Made by a program: the position numbers and the translations under genes
Notes under the pieces: model-generated
What the model saw: only the letters and a program-made list of their open reading frames with translations
What the model was told of the DNA's origin: nothing
The model's database searches: none
Shown: piece after piece, positions 48,009-58,370 of the stretch
Numbering within the stretch: the stretch's first letter is position 1
How the letters are laid out: each line of letters opens with the position of its first letter
DNA from: a virus
Taxonomy: Duplodnaviria > Caudoviricetes
IMG/VR virus record: IMGVR_UViG_3300032233_002382
Location: 224,001 to 288,000 of that record
Direction: 5' to 3' (one strand)
DNA: 64,000 nt

Positions 48009-49781
48009 TTACCCCTCTTCCTCTTTACCGAACCGATCACCCTTCTTATCGGTGCGCTTTAACCCGGCGTTGGCAAATATCTTATCCAACACATCTGTCT
48101 TCTCGGCTGCTTCATCGCCAGCCTTAGTGAGTACACCCTTAAGAAATTCGTTGAAAGTCGAATCATTCGGGGTAAACATATCACGTTTGAGCTGATCCAA
48201 GGTATCATCCGGATCTATATTAAGAAGTTCAAGGATAAAGGAAATCGGTAAAGAGCCCTTTTGATATATATTGAACATGTAGTCTTGGAGCTCTGAATTA
48301 TCCCGTAAGGCAAGTCGCGTGAACTGCAACTTTGGATACAATAATCGCCGGTTACCGTATTCGTCCTCTTCCCAGAACCCCTTCTTCTCGGCCACTGGCT
48401 TAAATATATACTCTTCGACCAGTTCAGCGATTTGTTCGCGATACAGCAGGTACATAGTGTTCATAACGTCTAAATGAATACGCTCACCGCCGTACGAATT
48501 TTCGCCAGTCAGCATACCCTCAGTAATACGAAGACCAATGAACAGCATTTTATTGGTAGCTTCATACTCGCCGCTCAAGTCCAGCAAACGATCTCTAGAA
48601 CCGATCTCATCCCAGTGCACTTCAAAGTTCGTTACGATGGTGAAATCGGGGTCAATGATCGCTTGGTCGACCTGATCTCTAAGCGATTCTACGTCTACCT
48701 CTGACATCTTGTCGGCCCATACAACGCGCTTCGGGGTCATTGCACGAGATGCAATGGAGGTCTGAGCCTGACGGAGCTTATCCTGGTAAACCAAAGTCCG
48801 GAGGCAACGTTCGAGAAGAGAAATTCCGCGTTCGTCGTATGCGCTCTTCTTATGACTTAGGTGATAGCAAAAAGAGCTACACAAGAAATCATCATATGGA
48901 CTGGTATTCAAAGGTATAGGCTGACCACTCAGTAAGTTCTCACGGATCTGCTCTGGAATGTCATTTGCGATCTTAGCCGACTCCGGGTCATTCTGCTCAG
49001 ACGCTTTTAAAACTAATAGACGATCCTTTTCAGATGGAATCAGCTCCATCTTACCTTTGTTCGTGTATTGGAAGATTTCTAGCTTAACTTGCTCAGGCGG
49101 CAGAATCTGTATTCTCTGCCAACCCTGATACTTCTCCGCCACGAATTTACGAATATTAGAGACGCGGTCTGAATCAGGCTTCGGAGTAAGTTTGGTCACC
49201 TGACGTCTAGATGTATTACCAGCCCAGTCGACTTCACCCACTTCTTCGTGCTCGACATGATTAAGCAATTCAGGAGGAATAGAATCCGACAAATCATGAT
49301 CTTCTACGAAGAGGAACACATTTCCATGTAGCCAATACTCATGCGTGGCATCATATAAGGACTGAAACAGCCGAACGCGAGAACACATTTCCTCGAAGAA
49401 ATGAAGGATCTGCTTATTCCGACGTAAATCTTTACCTTTAGGTAAAGCCAGTCGGATCTTACTCATAGGTACATCAGTGTGAAAATCGATCGCGGCGCCT
49501 ATGATAGGATGAGTGTTATACCAAAACCTATATAATTCCCGCTTTTCGCGCTCAGACTGAGGTAATTCGAGGAAGTCAGTAGATAACTGAGGACTATAGA
49601 AAGCGGAGTCACCAGATTTTATGGCTCCACCTTGACCATTTCCGAAGTTAGACCCATATGAAGCCACTCGTATGCTCTGCTTTTGCTCAGCACGAGCAAT
49701 TTTCTCCAGCTTTGTGAGCTTTTGCTTAGTGGGCTTCTGCTCATCAACTTTATTTACAGGAAGCGATTTTTCGTCCGACAT
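48009..49781 (-). CDS. Portal protein
   Basis: Downstream of TerL; YRFWYNTHPIIGAAIDFH and HEYWLHGNVF motifs; 590 aa. Confidence 0.7.
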   Translation of the reverse strand: MSDEKSLPVNKVDEQKPTKQKLTKLEKIARAEQKQSIRVASYGSNFGNGQGGAIKSGDSAFYSPQLSTDFLELPQSEREKRELYRFWYNTHPIIGAAIDFHTDVPMSKIRLALPKGKDLRRNKQILHFFEEMCSRVRLFQSLYDATHEYWLHGNVFLFVEDHDLSDSIPPELLNHVEHEEVGEVDWAGNTSRRQVTKLTPKPDSDRVSNIRKFVAEKYQGWQRIQILPPEQVKLEIFQYTNKGKMELIPSEKDRLLVLKASEQNDPESAKIANDIPEQIRENLLSGQPIPLNTSPYDDFLCSSFCYHLSHKKSAYDERGISLLERCLRTLVYQDKLRQAQTSIASRAMTPKRVVWADKMSEVDVESLRDQVDQAIIDPDFTIVTNFEVHWDEIGSRDRLLDLSGEYEATNKMLFIGLRITEGMLTGENSYGGERIHLDVMNTMYLLYREQIAELVEEYIFKPVAEKKGFWEEDEYGNRRLLYPKLQFTRLALRDNSELQDYMFNIYQKGSLPISFILELLNIDPDDTLDQLKRDMFTPNDSTFNEFLKGVLTKAGDEAAEKTDVLDKIFANAGLKRTDKKGDRFGKEEEG

Positions 49782-49782
49782 T

Positions 49783-50091
49783 TTACGCCTCAGATGTATC
49801 GTCGATATATCGGTTTACTCTGGCCTTTAAAAATCTATCTTTATTTATAGTCTTAAGAATACCCAAGACATCGCCCAGCATGTGTCGGTAGTTCCTTAAA
49901 CTTAAATTCTGGACCGTAAGCTGGTCCGCAGCAGATCGGCTCCTCATATACTTCGATTCGATCCGTTCAATGTCTTTGTAGGTTTCGGAAAGAACGGAAG
50001 TCACCCTCAAGATCTTTTCTTGGTGCGACAAAAGAGTCTTTAAATCGGCTTCTAACTCAAGATCCGAATCAGATTTAGCCATCATCCTCAC
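49783..50091 (-). CDS. Small helical hypothetical protein
   Basis: 102 aa coupled ORF. Confidence 0.55.
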   Translation of the reverse strand: MRMMAKSDSDLELEADLKTLLSHQEKILRVTSVLSETYKDIERIESKYMRSRSAADQLTVQNLSLRNYRHMLGDVLGILKTINKDRFLKARVNRYIDDTSEA

Positions 50092-50339
50092 CTTTTGAGA
50101 CCATACTCCTCAGGATGTTTCTTTATTTCTACCCAAGATTCTAATATGCCTTTTAGAATTTCGAAACAACGCATATCACCTATAATCAAGGCCTGCCAGC
50201 TGCCACCAGATTTTAGGAACGCATGGTAGATATATACAAAATCATTGTCAGTCATGTCATCTTTCGCATCAAAAACATGGTCTAAGATTTGAGAAACGAT
50301 CTTATGACTTATCATTTGTTCGGTAACTTTGTCACTCAT
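50088..50339 (-). CDS. Small hypothetical protein
   Basis: 83 aa coupled ORF. Confidence 0.55.
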   Translation of the reverse strand: MSDKVTEQMISHKIVSQILDHVFDAKDDMTDNDFVYIYHAFLKSGGSWQALIIGDMRCFEILKGILESWVEIKKHPEEYGLKR

Positions 50340-50362
50340 ACTATGGTCGATTCATAGACATT

Positions 50363-52297
50363 TCAGCGATTAGGATTCCTGGGAGGAATCCTTAAGGTCG
50401 CCGATCCGTGCAATCTACTACGCATTCGATGATACTGACCATAAGATGGCATACGAGGCTGCGATGACGGTATAGAGGTAATTGTGTTTTTTCGATCAAG
50501 AATACCAGGATTTGCTACTATATACTCTGAAGCCACGAGTATACTACGAGCAAGCGCATCAGACATATCGTCGTGTTTGCCTGGTGCATTTGGGGCTTCT
50601 ACCGTAATAATATTCTTACCCTGACTATATGCCTGCAGCTCGAGTAACTCCGTGATAAGCGGACTATGACGACCGGACGTCATACCCTCCATAGCTTCAG
50701 GCACGGGATAATCATACAAATCTAACTGCCGGTTGTACATAAACATCTTGAAGGTCTGATACATTAGACTACTGTCGGAGGCAAAGAAATTACGGGTTTC
50801 GAATTGCGTAAGACCTTGTTTATGTAGCTCTTGCTCAAATACTATGCCAGACCATTGGTCGAATATACCCTTCACGACGTAAAACCTAGAACACACCGCC
50901 TTAAACCATAAAGCAATTTCATTCATATCTAGTCTGGCAACGTCTTGCAACGTGCGAGCGTACTGGGTCAATGGTTCTTTCAGATGTGGATTCGATTCCT
51001 TCCAGGTCTTTTTGGCGTACCAGGTTTCATGATATACGAGTTCGATCTTGCCTTGGTTTATTCGTGATAAGGCGATGGAGGTACCATCGTTTACCAAACC
51101 GACGTCGATACCTGCAAAGTGCGGCTCTCTTGGAAGACCGCGATCGTTTGGGATACGCTTAGGAGTGATACACTCGAACAGATCACGACTATCTTCAATC
51201 CAACCTCGAACGCGGTCTGAAAATTCAGCACCGTGTTCGGTCATGAAGGTGCGAGGATCTTTAAAGTATTCTTTCTCGTAATAACTACGGTCCAGTGTGG
51301 GGTTGACTTCCCATGTAGGAGCCTGTATAACTAACATATCTTCGGAACCTTTATCCTTAGACATGCCCAACTGATATTGACGGTAGAAAAACCCTTCTTT
51401 GGCATCCGGCGATGAAATTAAAATCATGCGGCCCTCTGTAGGACCAACCGCTTCGTGTTTATTTTTAGGATCTTTCGGGGAGAACTGAGCTAGAGAAGGC
51501 ATGATCGCTTTATATACACGCTCAGCTGAGCTCTTGCCGTCATCTATAAAGAATGCGATCTCATCAAGTATCGCGCAAATCACACCACGACCACGAAGGC
51601 CTTTGGCAACTGAACTCTTAAACGTAGCGTTTACTGTAGCTTTTCCAACATCACCGAATCGTTTCTTGTCATTTTCAGTACGAAATTTCATGAATGTCTG
51701 GGTCGTATTCGCTAGTGCATTTTTAAAATAATCCACAGCCTCGACGTGTGCCTGCATGTCGCCGTAGACGATAGAAGCTTGCTCTTTGTCGTTTGCCACA
51801 GCCAGTACACGAATTTCAGATCCGGGCGGCATACCATAGTAAGATTGAGGGTGTCCACGCCTCAGGAGCTTATAAAGCTCATATGCGGCGAATATAGCTG
51901 ACAGGGCGCTCTTGCCACTGCGTCGTCCAAGAACTAATATGAGCTCACGACGCTCTTTACCATCCTGCCGTTCAACGTTGCAGCGACCTTGGTCATATAG
52001 ATACTTTAGATATTCGACTTCAGTGAATGTATATAGAATTTTTTCGCCGAGCTTATCCTTGATCACGATGGTCTTATCAACATCGTTCAAAGGAATATTG
52101 TAATACATCTTAACGATGAAACGTTGTACCGGATACAAACCGAATGGTAATAACTTGAATCGTTCGATGAAATCTAAAACGGACAGGAAGTCTACAAAGC
52201 CATCGTCCGAACCAGGTTTAGAGGCCTTTTTACTATCAAGGAAACTCGAAACTTCACCGGTTAATGCGCTCTTAAAAGGAGCTTCCTTAATTGGCAT
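50363..52297 (-). CDS. terL: Terminase large subunit
   Basis: Walker A LGRRSGKS, Walker B ILDE, motif III ISSP, nuclease GIDVG...DGT and HDDMSD. Confidence 0.92.
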   Translation of the reverse strand: MPIKEAPFKSALTGEVSSFLDSKKASKPGSDDGFVDFLSVLDFIERFKLLPFGLYPVQRFIVKMYYNIPLNDVDKTIVIKDKLGEKILYTFTEVEYLKYLYDQGRCNVERQDGKERRELILVLGRRSGKSALSAIFAAYELYKLLRRGHPQSYYGMPPGSEIRVLAVANDKEQASIVYGDMQAHVEAVDYFKNALANTTQTFMKFRTENDKKRFGDVGKATVNATFKSSVAKGLRGRGVICAILDEIAFFIDDGKSSAERVYKAIMPSLAQFSPKDPKNKHEAVGPTEGRMILISSPDAKEGFFYRQYQLGMSKDKGSEDMLVIQAPTWEVNPTLDRSYYEKEYFKDPRTFMTEHGAEFSDRVRGWIEDSRDLFECITPKRIPNDRGLPREPHFAGIDVGLVNDGTSIALSRINQGKIELVYHETWYAKKTWKESNPHLKEPLTQYARTLQDVARLDMNEIALWFKAVCSRFYVVKGIFDQWSGIVFEQELHKQGLTQFETRNFFASDSSLMYQTFKMFMYNRQLDLYDYPVPEAMEGMTSGRHSPLITELLELQAYSQGKNIITVEAPNAPGKHDDMSDALARSILVASEYIVANPGILDRKNTITSIPSSQPRMPSYGQYHRMRSRLHGSATLRIPPRNPNR

Positions 52298-52298
52298 T

Positions 52299-52886
52299 TT
52301 AACCTACCGTTTCATTTAACTTCTGTTCCCAATCCTTCATATCCGCTTCAATCTGCTTGAAGACTAAGTCGATCAAGTCGTCAGAAATACCACATTTCTG
52401 CATAGAATCATAGACGAACTCCATCCATAGACGAAGTACCGCCTTAAACTTCGGACTTTTAACATCTACCCCATCAGATTTAACGCTATCAAGCTTCTTC
52501 AGCAAAACATCGGAAAGCTGACGAAGCGATTGAATGCGAGATATAGTGTAATTAGCTGTGTTCTTGCCTTCTTTTGCGGCTTTGCGACGCTCGAATTTAA
52601 GGTGACCAAGTTCTTCTATTATCTCATTTATTACGGTATCTACAATTTCCGCAACCGGGGCGCGTACCAATGCCGCCTGAGTTAGAGCCTGAGACTCAAC
52701 ATATACTTCGCGTTCTCTATATTCACGATTAATGCTCTGGGGGTCTATAACTTCGGGCGTGGGAACCATCCCGCTCTGGTCTACAACATAGTCCATACCC
52801 ATTTCACTAACGGGTATCTTTTCGCCGTTAGGAAAAGATATGAGTTTTCCCGATGAATCACTAGGTTTATCTTTATGATCATCCAT
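52299..52886 (-). CDS. Candidate terminase small subunit
   Basis: 195 aa helical protein directly upstream of terL (positional inference). Confidence 0.4.
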   Translation of the reverse strand: MDDHKDKPSDSSGKLISFPNGEKIPVSEMGMDYVVDQSGMVPTPEVIDPQSINREYREREVYVESQALTQAALVRAPVAEIVDTVINEIIEELGHLKFERRKAAKEGKNTANYTISRIQSLRQLSDVLLKKLDSVKSDGVDVKSPKFKAVLRLWMEFVYDSMQKCGISDDLIDLVFKQIEADMKDWEQKLNETVG

Positions 52887-52891
52887 AAAGC

Positions 52892-52897
52892 ACTGTA
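52892..52897 (-). promoter_or_regulatory. Putative -10 box (TACAGT), leaderless
   Basis: agTACAGT-N5-ATG(52886). Confidence 0.45.
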
Positions 52898-54811
52898 CTA
52901 GTCGCCAATGCTAGCAGGCGACACCTCGATCTCTAGCAAGCCCTTGTTGTTAGAACTCGGGCTAATATCCAGATCTGCTCTAAGATCGAAATCCGATACA
53001 GGATTCCTCACCGGAGCAGAAGCAACAACCGGCAAAGAACTCAACTGTTTTGAATAAGAAGCAACCACGGATTCTGGTACCGACCTGATCAAAGTTTTCG
53101 AATACTTTGAACACCAGCCGGGAGAAGTCTGAAGCGTGCAACCAGTGCAATTCGTGGAGGCTAACACATTCAAGGCGCCTTTTTTGCGGAATAGTCCAGC
53201 ACCCTCGGCACAGCCCTTACCGTAATCAGAATACACAGTAGGATCTAAGAAATAGTGGCCCTGGATCCCCACATTCGAAGCATGCCGAGCACTGACGTGT
53301 GAAAACGGCTTTAGATCTTCCTTAGAATACTTAGACAGTATAGAAGAAGCTAGTTTTGTTCCAGAATAGCCTAAATTCAGCAAACGACCTATATGGTTCT
53401 CAAGTTCGAGCTCGTCTATTTCTCTTGGGGCTACTAACTCATTCGTCGAACCATAAAACCCCTTAGGATGAGAATTTGATACGATTACCTTATTGGGGTT
53501 CGGTCGATAAGTGTTAATGGCTTTGACTATCGGCCGAATGTCTTGAACGGAAGCCATTTTCTGGAGAAGAACATCTGCTTCCTTACGATCTAATCGTGAT
53601 TCACGCACTGCGCTTTTTAAAGCAGAAGCAAGGGTTTCTTTGTTATAGGGAACCTCGTTCGTGACGAATTTAGAAACCGAACAAAGCTTATCGCAAGCGC
53701 CGCCGGAAATGCCATGACAGTGACCACAAGTGGCATGACGACGCAAAACGTAAGAAGGAACACGCTTAGTAGATATGACGAAGTTAAGCGCGTCTTTACA
53801 ACTTTCAAAGGCATCCAAGTCCAAATAGGTCTTGCCTAAAAGACCGTAATCTAAAGCCAAACGTTTTAAGGATTCATCACCAGACGCAAGCAAGAACTCC
53901 CTATCGTCGTGACCTTCCATCATGCGTCGAGCATATTTGAAATAAACTGAAGACGGTCCAGAGTACTTCGGCTCGCGGGGCGCAGATAAATACGCGTCAA
54001 CTGTAGACTGGTCATACACGGGCTTATATTTCGGTTGCTGAGTAGAAACTGTCTTTACACCATCATTCGAATGATGCGATTCAGAGGCGGCTATGCCGCT
54101 ACGAATCGCCTCTTTCCAAGCCGATTGATCGTCGGTAGGAACGTTTAACTTCACCAACCCTAAGTCGTTAGCTAAACGCTTCCCATAAGGAACAGATGAC
54201 ACTATCGTCTTTTTAAAAGCAGAACACTGTCCAGATCGATTGCAGACACACCCAGAGCATTCATTTTTTGCAATAACGAACTTGGCTGTTCGAGCGGTGT
54301 TTGCAACAATTTTCCGATCTCTCGAGTTATCTTGCGAGCATTTTGGGAAATTCGAAGCATTAATATAGAGATTACCTAAAAGATGGCGCTCACCCAAAAC
54401 GCTCTTAATAGCTTTAGCGGCCAGTTTTATGTCAGCGGGAGAGTACTCTGCATATAAGCGCTGTGCGACCGTCTTATCGTCGTAGCCCTTCATAACCATA
54501 GTAGCGACGCGGTTGCGAATTGGGTCTATCATGTCTACTTCAGACGGAAGCATTTTATCTGAAGGATTGACGTTAACCATCACATGAGGCTTAAGCGGAA
54601 CTAAGGAAGGCGTCGAGTCTTTAGGATCGAAAGCCAAGGCCTTCTGTAGTTCAGGAATAATATCTAAGTTTTGCTTTGGGAGTGTTTCCAAAGCTCGATA
54701 TTCCTCTTCATTTACTGATAACCAAGAAAGATCAGAAACCCCCTGGTTATGCATAACGTGATCAAGCTCGCCTACACCCGGCATACCAAATTCGAAATCT
54801 TTTTTCGCCAT
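52898..54811 (-). CDS. Protein with three copies of a Cys-rich domain
   Basis: LG..Y(I/L)(N/D)...F..C / G..FLD...Y...C followed by CxxC...C repeated three times. Confidence 0.6.
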   Translation of the reverse strand: MAKKDFEFGMPGVGELDHVMHNQGVSDLSWLSVNEEEYRALETLPKQNLDIIPELQKALAFDPKDSTPSLVPLKPHVMVNVNPSDKMLPSEVDMIDPIRNRVATMVMKGYDDKTVAQRLYAEYSPADIKLAAKAIKSVLGERHLLGNLYINASNFPKCSQDNSRDRKIVANTARTAKFVIAKNECSGCVCNRSGQCSAFKKTIVSSVPYGKRLANDLGLVKLNVPTDDQSAWKEAIRSGIAASESHHSNDGVKTVSTQQPKYKPVYDQSTVDAYLSAPREPKYSGPSSVYFKYARRMMEGHDDREFLLASGDESLKRLALDYGLLGKTYLDLDAFESCKDALNFVISTKRVPSYVLRRHATCGHCHGISGGACDKLCSVSKFVTNEVPYNKETLASALKSAVRESRLDRKEADVLLQKMASVQDIRPIVKAINTYRPNPNKVIVSNSHPKGFYGSTNELVAPREIDELELENHIGRLLNLGYSGTKLASSILSKYSKEDLKPFSHVSARHASNVGIQGHYFLDPTVYSDYGKGCAEGAGLFRKKGALNVLASTNCTGCTLQTSPGWCSKYSKTLIRSVPESVVASYSKQLSSLPVVASAPVRNPVSDFDLRADLDISPSSNNKGLLEIEVSPASIGD

Positions 54812-54812
54812 T

Positions 54813-55898
54813 TTAAACCTCGTACTTGGACAGTACTGCCAATACTTTGCTTAAAGCAGCAGCAGCATACCTGAACTCTTGCGAAGCTTCCGGGTCGTTT
54901 ATGTTTTGTATTTCAAAGTCTATAAGCTTTGAGCGAATCGTAGACAATATCACCCTGTGCTCAGTCGAAGCCTTTCTTACCGGAAACTCATCAAGAACGT
55001 CCTTAATAAATATATCATACTCAAGCGCCACAGCTCTAATAATATCTGAAGCCAGGTAAACATGCTCACCTCGCTCTTGTAAAAACGCCATGACGTGACG
55101 CCGGGTTAAATCCTTCTTACCGAATTTCTTTATGAATTCAGATGTTAGATCACGAACCAACACGACGTTAGTAGCTATTTTGTTCATCTGTTTAATCTCC
55201 GATGAGTGCAGCTGCTGATACCGTCCAATATCCCAGTATTCCATCGACGGGAACCCAGCGTCCACATTTTGATCTTGCACATTATAACCCGACCAATAAT
55301 TTCCTAGTGCTCCAAGAGTATTATCGACCGTTGTCTTGTTCTCAGGGATACTAGGCAGAGAATCGGATTTGGAAGCTTCTTCTTCTGCAAACGTATCGCC
55401 CGAGTGGGGTGCGAACATATCATCCACAGAGGTACCTAAAACCATCGGGTCATAATAGTCAGATCTGGCCGGAGGATTTTTTGAATCTGACGGAAGGTTG
55501 GTGTGGATATTCTTGGGGAAGTTCGTGTGAGTTACGAAATCATCTGAATGATCATCTGAATGATCATCTGTCATCGGACGAGTGGGATTTAAAAACAAAT
55601 TTGTAGGACCTCTTGGCCGTGTATCATAATCTCCCGGAAGAGTCGAATATGCTAACTCGGGGTCATGGCTGCCTTGTGATTTACTAGACGCTGTCGAAGT
55701 AGACTGAGGATAAGAAATCAGTAATTCAGGGTCTTCTTTCTGCCAGGTGCCACCACCATCAGGGAGAGAAACCTGTGATTTTTTCTTATTACTGTCTTCC
55801 CCGTGCTCGCCACCCCACTGAGGATAGTCATAGGTGCCGATCCCGAATGGATCTACAGATTTATCGGAGGCGTCCTCAGTGGGTAGGGCAGATGGCAT
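54813..55898 (-). CDS. Hypothetical protein, disordered acidic N-terminus plus helical C-terminus
   Basis: Start reassigned to ATG 55898 (TAATG overlap). Confidence 0.55.
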   Translation of the reverse strand: MPSALPTEDASDKSVDPFGIGTYDYPQWGGEHGEDSNKKKSQVSLPDGGGTWQKEDPELLISYPQSTSTASSKSQGSHDPELAYSTLPGDYDTRPRGPTNLFLNPTRPMTDDHSDDHSDDFVTHTNFPKNIHTNLPSDSKNPPARSDYYDPMVLGTSVDDMFAPHSGDTFAEEEASKSDSLPSIPENKTTVDNTLGALGNYWSGYNVQDQNVDAGFPSMEYWDIGRYQQLHSSEIKQMNKIATNVVLVRDLTSEFIKKFGKKDLTRRHVMAFLQERGEHVYLASDIIRAVALEYDIFIKDVLDEFPVRKASTEHRVILSTIRSKLIDFEIQNINDPEASQEFRYAAAALSKVLAVLSKYEV

Positions 55899-57010
55899 TA
55901 GTCTACATCCCACAACCAAGCCGTATTTGGCTTTGTCGCTTTTACTGGTTTCATGGGATTATCCGGCTCACTGTGCTTCATCATCATGTCTATCTCTTCA
56001 GATGATAAGCCTGGTGTATAAACCGGCATAAGTTTGTCGTTAGACGCCCCAGGAAGCCAGCTATAATAATCACTGGCAGTCTTCAGGCTGGTCGAATCAC
56101 CTACCGTGGGCCTATCGTAACCACCAACACCATCTGAAGTTACGTCCTCGTAAAGGTAGTCTTCAGTGATGAACCCATCTAAATTAGGATCGTCGCTAGG
56201 AAGCGCATCTGGACCATTGAAGAACCCATAGGGAGACTCACCCGGACCGACGTGAGTAATACGTGGACCAGGAAGGTTCTCGACTGGCACAGAAGAATTA
56301 CCGCCAGCTAAACGATCGCTAGCCAGTCGAGCTCCTTGGGAAGATAGATACTTAGAGATAGCAGCGTCGTAGATGGATTCGGAAGTTTGTCGTTTAGAAG
56401 CCTGCTGGGTGAATCCTCCAGCAGAGGCGGAGGATTCATTTCCGGAACCAGACCCCTCCGGCTGACCAAAATCAGCAGGAGTGGGGTTTAAGGTCTCCGG
56501 AGTTAATTCCATAAATTCTTGCTCATCCGGTTCAGCAGTTTGGTAAGCCTGCTCCACGAATCCTTCAGGGTTTGTCTTAACTGCCTGAGCATCTTGAACC
56601 AGAGTCTTTGTCTCGGGCGCTTCTTCTAGGTTCCAATGATCGGCACCGACCTCATCATATAAGGTGTCGGTGAATGAGGAGATGATCTCAGCAGCCTGAC
56701 CGAGCGCACCTCGCATATCCTTAACGGTCTGGATGTAGCCCCGGCCCCCTAGTAGTCCATCAGGACTAAAAGAAGAAGAAGGCATTTTTGAAAGAAGTCG
56801 AAGCGCTGAAGAAGCATAGCTATGTGAGCGCTGAGCAGCCCATAAAATTTTCGCAAGGTTTTTAAGGCTATCTCGAGACCATTTGAACCCCTCGACGCGT
56901 ATATCACGTCGTACCGGACCTTGGTCACGGATGAACTCGATCTTACCGGCGGTTCTTATGGTGCCGGAAGTCGCGATCCTATGAGCGATGTCTTTGTGGA
57001 AAAAGCTCAT
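55898..57010 (-). CDS. Hypothetical protein with N-terminal IAHRIA tag
   Basis: 370 aa; SD GAGGA. Confidence 0.6.
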   Translation of the reverse strand: MSFFHKDIAHRIATSGTIRTAGKIEFIRDQGPVRRDIRVEGFKWSRDSLKNLAKILWAAQRSHSYASSALRLLSKMPSSSFSPDGLLGGRGYIQTVKDMRGALGQAAEIISSFTDTLYDEVGADHWNLEEAPETKTLVQDAQAVKTNPEGFVEQAYQTAEPDEQEFMELTPETLNPTPADFGQPEGSGSGNESSASAGGFTQQASKRQTSESIYDAAISKYLSSQGARLASDRLAGGNSSVPVENLPGPRITHVGPGESPYGFFNGPDALPSDDPNLDGFITEDYLYEDVTSDGVGGYDRPTVGDSTSLKTASDYYSWLPGASNDKLMPVYTPGLSSEEIDMMMKHSEPDNPMKPVKATKPNTAWLWDVD

Positions 57011-57011
57011 A

Positions 57012-57269
57012 TTATCCTCGAATGGGCGAGTCGTCCGAGACCAATCGAACTATCACAGTATTACCTTCTTCATCCGTGGACAATTGCCAGAAATCCTGCT
57101 GCGAGATGCGAACAAGTTTATCTTCTGCTATACGCATGAAGCCTGACAAATCGGATAAACTAGCGACCCGAATACGTGTCGCGGTGCTAGCTACCCGGCT
57201 TTTTGAAGATATCTGAAAGCCGTCATCGATTGAAGAAGACGTAAATCTTAGATCTTCTATTTTTATCAT
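57012..57269 (-). CDS. Small hypothetical protein
   Basis: 85 aa; RVAS repeats. Confidence 0.55.
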   Translation of the reverse strand: MIKIEDLRFTSSSIDDGFQISSKSRVASTATRIRVASLSDLSGFMRIAEDKLVRISQQDFWQLSTDEEGNTVIVRLVSDDSPIRG

Positions 57270-57303
57270 ATACTATCTCCCATCATAATGATCGATGAAC
57301 GAT

Positions 57304-58203
57304 CTAAACAACTGTGAGGTTAACAACTACTACTTGAGGACCATTCGAAGAATTACGGGAATTAATAACTAAGGTCGTAGAATAATTCGCCGGTACCCAA
57401 GGTATGCCTAAACTGCCAACGGTGACAGTGACCTGCTGAGACTGACCGGATGATAATGGCCCGCCCGCTGATGGACTAAAGGTGCACCACGGAGCATTTT
57501 CTGCGGCTTTAGTGATAACATAATTTAACAAGGAACCGATAGGACCCACATTTGTGATCGTAAATGTCTGAGGAAGAGTAGCAGACTGGGTCGCTAAGGT
57601 ATAAGTGAACGACAGATACTGAACGTTTAAAGAAGTCACAGGTCTCGGGAGGACATTTACAGAAAAACTTACCGAAACGGGAGGAGCCGAAGAATTACTT
57701 TGAAGATTCAATAATGCGGAGTATGGGGATGAATCACTTAGAAGATCTTGATTAATAATTCGATAGCTAAGACCACCAGATTGATTTTTACCGATTCCCG
57801 AAACCACCGAAGGTACAGGCACTAACCAAGGAACGTTTGGGGTCGCAGTTACACAGAGCATACTACCGAAAGCGCCGGAGTTTACGAACGTGATAGGACC
57901 GCCTTGGAAATTCGCATCACCTTCACTAACGGTTACCGAAACCGACGAAGAGCTAGTTAAGCTTAATGCTGGGTCTAACTGCGATTTGAATGATTGTAGG
58001 CTCTCATAAATAGCATCAACCACATCCCCTGGTATCGGGTAGTCTACATCGACCAAGCGACCGAAGGGCGAATTTATTTCGGAGACATAAAAATACTGAC
58101 CTACTGACCGTATATTATTAGCCGACACCTTCCAAGACCACTTTCCGGCCTCAGAAGATATCTGAAAATAATAACCGCCACCAGCTACATTTGGTGTTAT
58201 CAT
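57304..58203 (-). CDS. Protein with two BACON/Ig-like domains
   Basis: ITFVNSG...PWL..PS...; FTITNVG...PW....PS.GG.L..G motifs. Confidence 0.6.
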   Translation of the reverse strand: MITPNVAGGGYYFQISSEAGKWSWKVSANNIRSVGQYFYVSEINSPFGRLVDVDYPIPGDVVDAIYESLQSFKSQLDPALSLTSSSSVSVTVSEGDANFQGGPITFVNSGAFGSMLCVTATPNVPWLVPVPSVVSGIGKNQSGGLSYRIINQDLLSDSSPYSALLNLQSNSSAPPVSVSFSVNVLPRPVTSLNVQYLSFTYTLATQSATLPQTFTITNVGPIGSLLNYVITKAAENAPWCTFSPSAGGPLSSGQSQQVTVTVGSLGIPWVPANYSTTLVINSRNSSNGPQVVVVNLTVV

Positions 58204-58370
58204 ACTGTAGCTAGCAAAAAGAAGGCGATACAGCTAGAAACCTAAACGCGATATCAGACATTCTGTAAGCAGGTTCCAGAACAATAAACGGTTTTTTCGT
58301 CAATACTCAGAATCCAGGTTATTCTTACTTCGACCACAATAAGCGCAGTACCCCACCATAGCGCCTAATA

